NCBI GenBank assembly: GCA_963719035.1
Contig: CAVRAO010000008.1
Location: forward strand, 399,898 to 463,897
DNA from: Methanobacteriota archaeon
GTDB lineage: Archaea > Halobacteriota > Bog-38 > Methanoflorentales > Methanoflorentaceae
Direction: 5' to 3'
Length of the DNA stretch: 64,000 nt
Shown here in pieces: positions 63,217 through 64,000 of this stretch. The notes under the pieces were generated by a model. That model searched no databases. It saw only the letters and a program-made list of their open reading frames with translations, and was not told the origin of the DNA. How positions within the stretch are numbered: the stretch's first letter is position 1; each line of letters starts with the position of its first letter. Both the position numbers and the translations under genes were made by a program.

Positions 63217-63670
63217 AAAAAACCTCTAGTTCCTTTTGGATTAACTCTATAGCATTGGGAATTGATCCACTAACTTCGTCTGTAAGTCCAAATTCGATTT
63301 GCTTCCATCTCTTAGGCTGGCACGCAATGATGGTAACCTCACATCGTTCTTTCAAGTCGTTAAGTGGTGTTGACGTCTGCCAGCATTGATGGTCGGCGTA
63401 ACGGTTCTCGTCGACGTCGTCTATCGAAAGCTTCTTCAGTTCTCCGGGAGCGCCTCCGAAGTCAATCGAATCAACCAGCACGAGCTTCTTGCATTCCAAA
63501 ATTCCAAACAAGAAGTATGCTCTGCCGATGTCTACGACCTTCAGTCGAGTTGCGCCATTCAATTTCTGCTTTAGAACAGAAACTAAGAACGTCGCGAAGC
63601 CGTTGTCACCGTACAGTGGGTTTCCACAGCAGGCGATAACCACCTCAGCGTCGCAAATCGTTTCGCTCAC
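63182..63670 (-). CDS. frhD: hydrogenase maturation protease FrhD
   Basis: CGNPLYGD.GF, VD.IDFG..PG, CQP, GLT.EV; lies between frhA and frhG. Confidence 0.88.
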   Translation of the reverse strand: MSETICDAEVVIACCGNPLYGDNGFATFLVSVLKQKLNGATRLKVVDIGRAYFLFGILECKKLVLVDSIDFGGAPGELKKLSIDDVDENRYADHQCWQTSTPLNDLKERCEVTIIACQPKRWKQIEFGLTDEVSGSIPNAIELIQKELEVFYEPVLEERKEI

Positions 63671-63671
63671 T

Positions 63672-64000
63672 TCAGATCATCTTGTTCTGAATGATGGCTT
63701 TTTCTGGATCCAGCACGATCATATGCGTTGCACACGAGTTGCAGGGATCATAAAGCCGTACTATGACTTCCGCGTACTTGTAGTGGTCCCCTTCTATCGC
63801 TTTGCTAATCGTTGGATAATTCCACGTCGTCGGAACGAGACAGTTATAGTAAGTTACTCTGCCGTCCTTAACCCGCGCCATGTGAACGTTCGCGCCACGA
63901 GCTGCTTCGTTGATTCCGATTCCAAGCTCGTTGTCACCGCGACCGGCACACGCTTCCTTTGTTACTCCGCTCGTATTGAGCTCATCGAGAAGGTTCTCGG
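63672..64000 (-). CDS. frhA: F420-reducing [NiFe] hydrogenase alpha subunit, 3' part (truncated by the window edge)
   Basis: EAARG..VH, VPTTWN, R.YDPC.SCATH plus a cleavable C-terminal tail. Confidence 0.92.
   Translation of the reverse strand, partial: ENLLDELNTSGVTKEACAGRGDNELGIGINEAARGANVHMARVKDGRVTYYNCLVPTTWNYPTISKAIEGDHYKYAEVIVRLYDPCNSCATHMIVLDPEKAIIQNKMI

Noticed and set aside
61495-64000. Selenocysteine recoding in the frh genes
   Set aside because: The metal ligands seen are ordinary Cys (DPCNSCATH) with no in-frame TGA at ligand positions.

Overview
This 64-kb window is chromosomal DNA from a methanogenic archaeon; the gene content resembles Methanomicrobia/Methanocellales-type Halobacteriota, though the lineage is inferred. 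It contains: a tgtA-arcS-raSEA archaeosine cluster (arcS broken by a 1-nt frameshift); glyA-serB; hom; elp3; an HSR1-type regulator-cdc48-hsp20 heat-shock operon with a perfect CTAAC-N5-GTTAG operator; and two K+-channel-like genes with atypical signatures. A nitrogen block (amt-glnK, glnA, split glutamate synthase with an FrhB-like subunit, nrpR) carries four GGAA-N6-TTCC-type operators and pseudogene remnants. Also present are two tRNA-Arg genes (one with a BHB intron), leuS, nob1, the atwA-mmp3-6-5-15-17-7 cluster, mmp10 and the 3' part of frhADGB. The best candidate for a new system is a third, very divergent TGT-fold gene (22350-23360) overlapping a HAD phosphatase. It keeps the Zn site and the nucleophile Asp, but the guanine-reading positions are changed Asp>His, Asp>Asn and Gln>Glu, suggesting a transglycosylase for a non-guanine, possibly adenine-like, base. 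No CRISPR array, rRNA, transposase or integrase was seen. Several 1-2 nt frameshifts may be sequencing errors. All family calls come from motif recognition by eye, not database searches.
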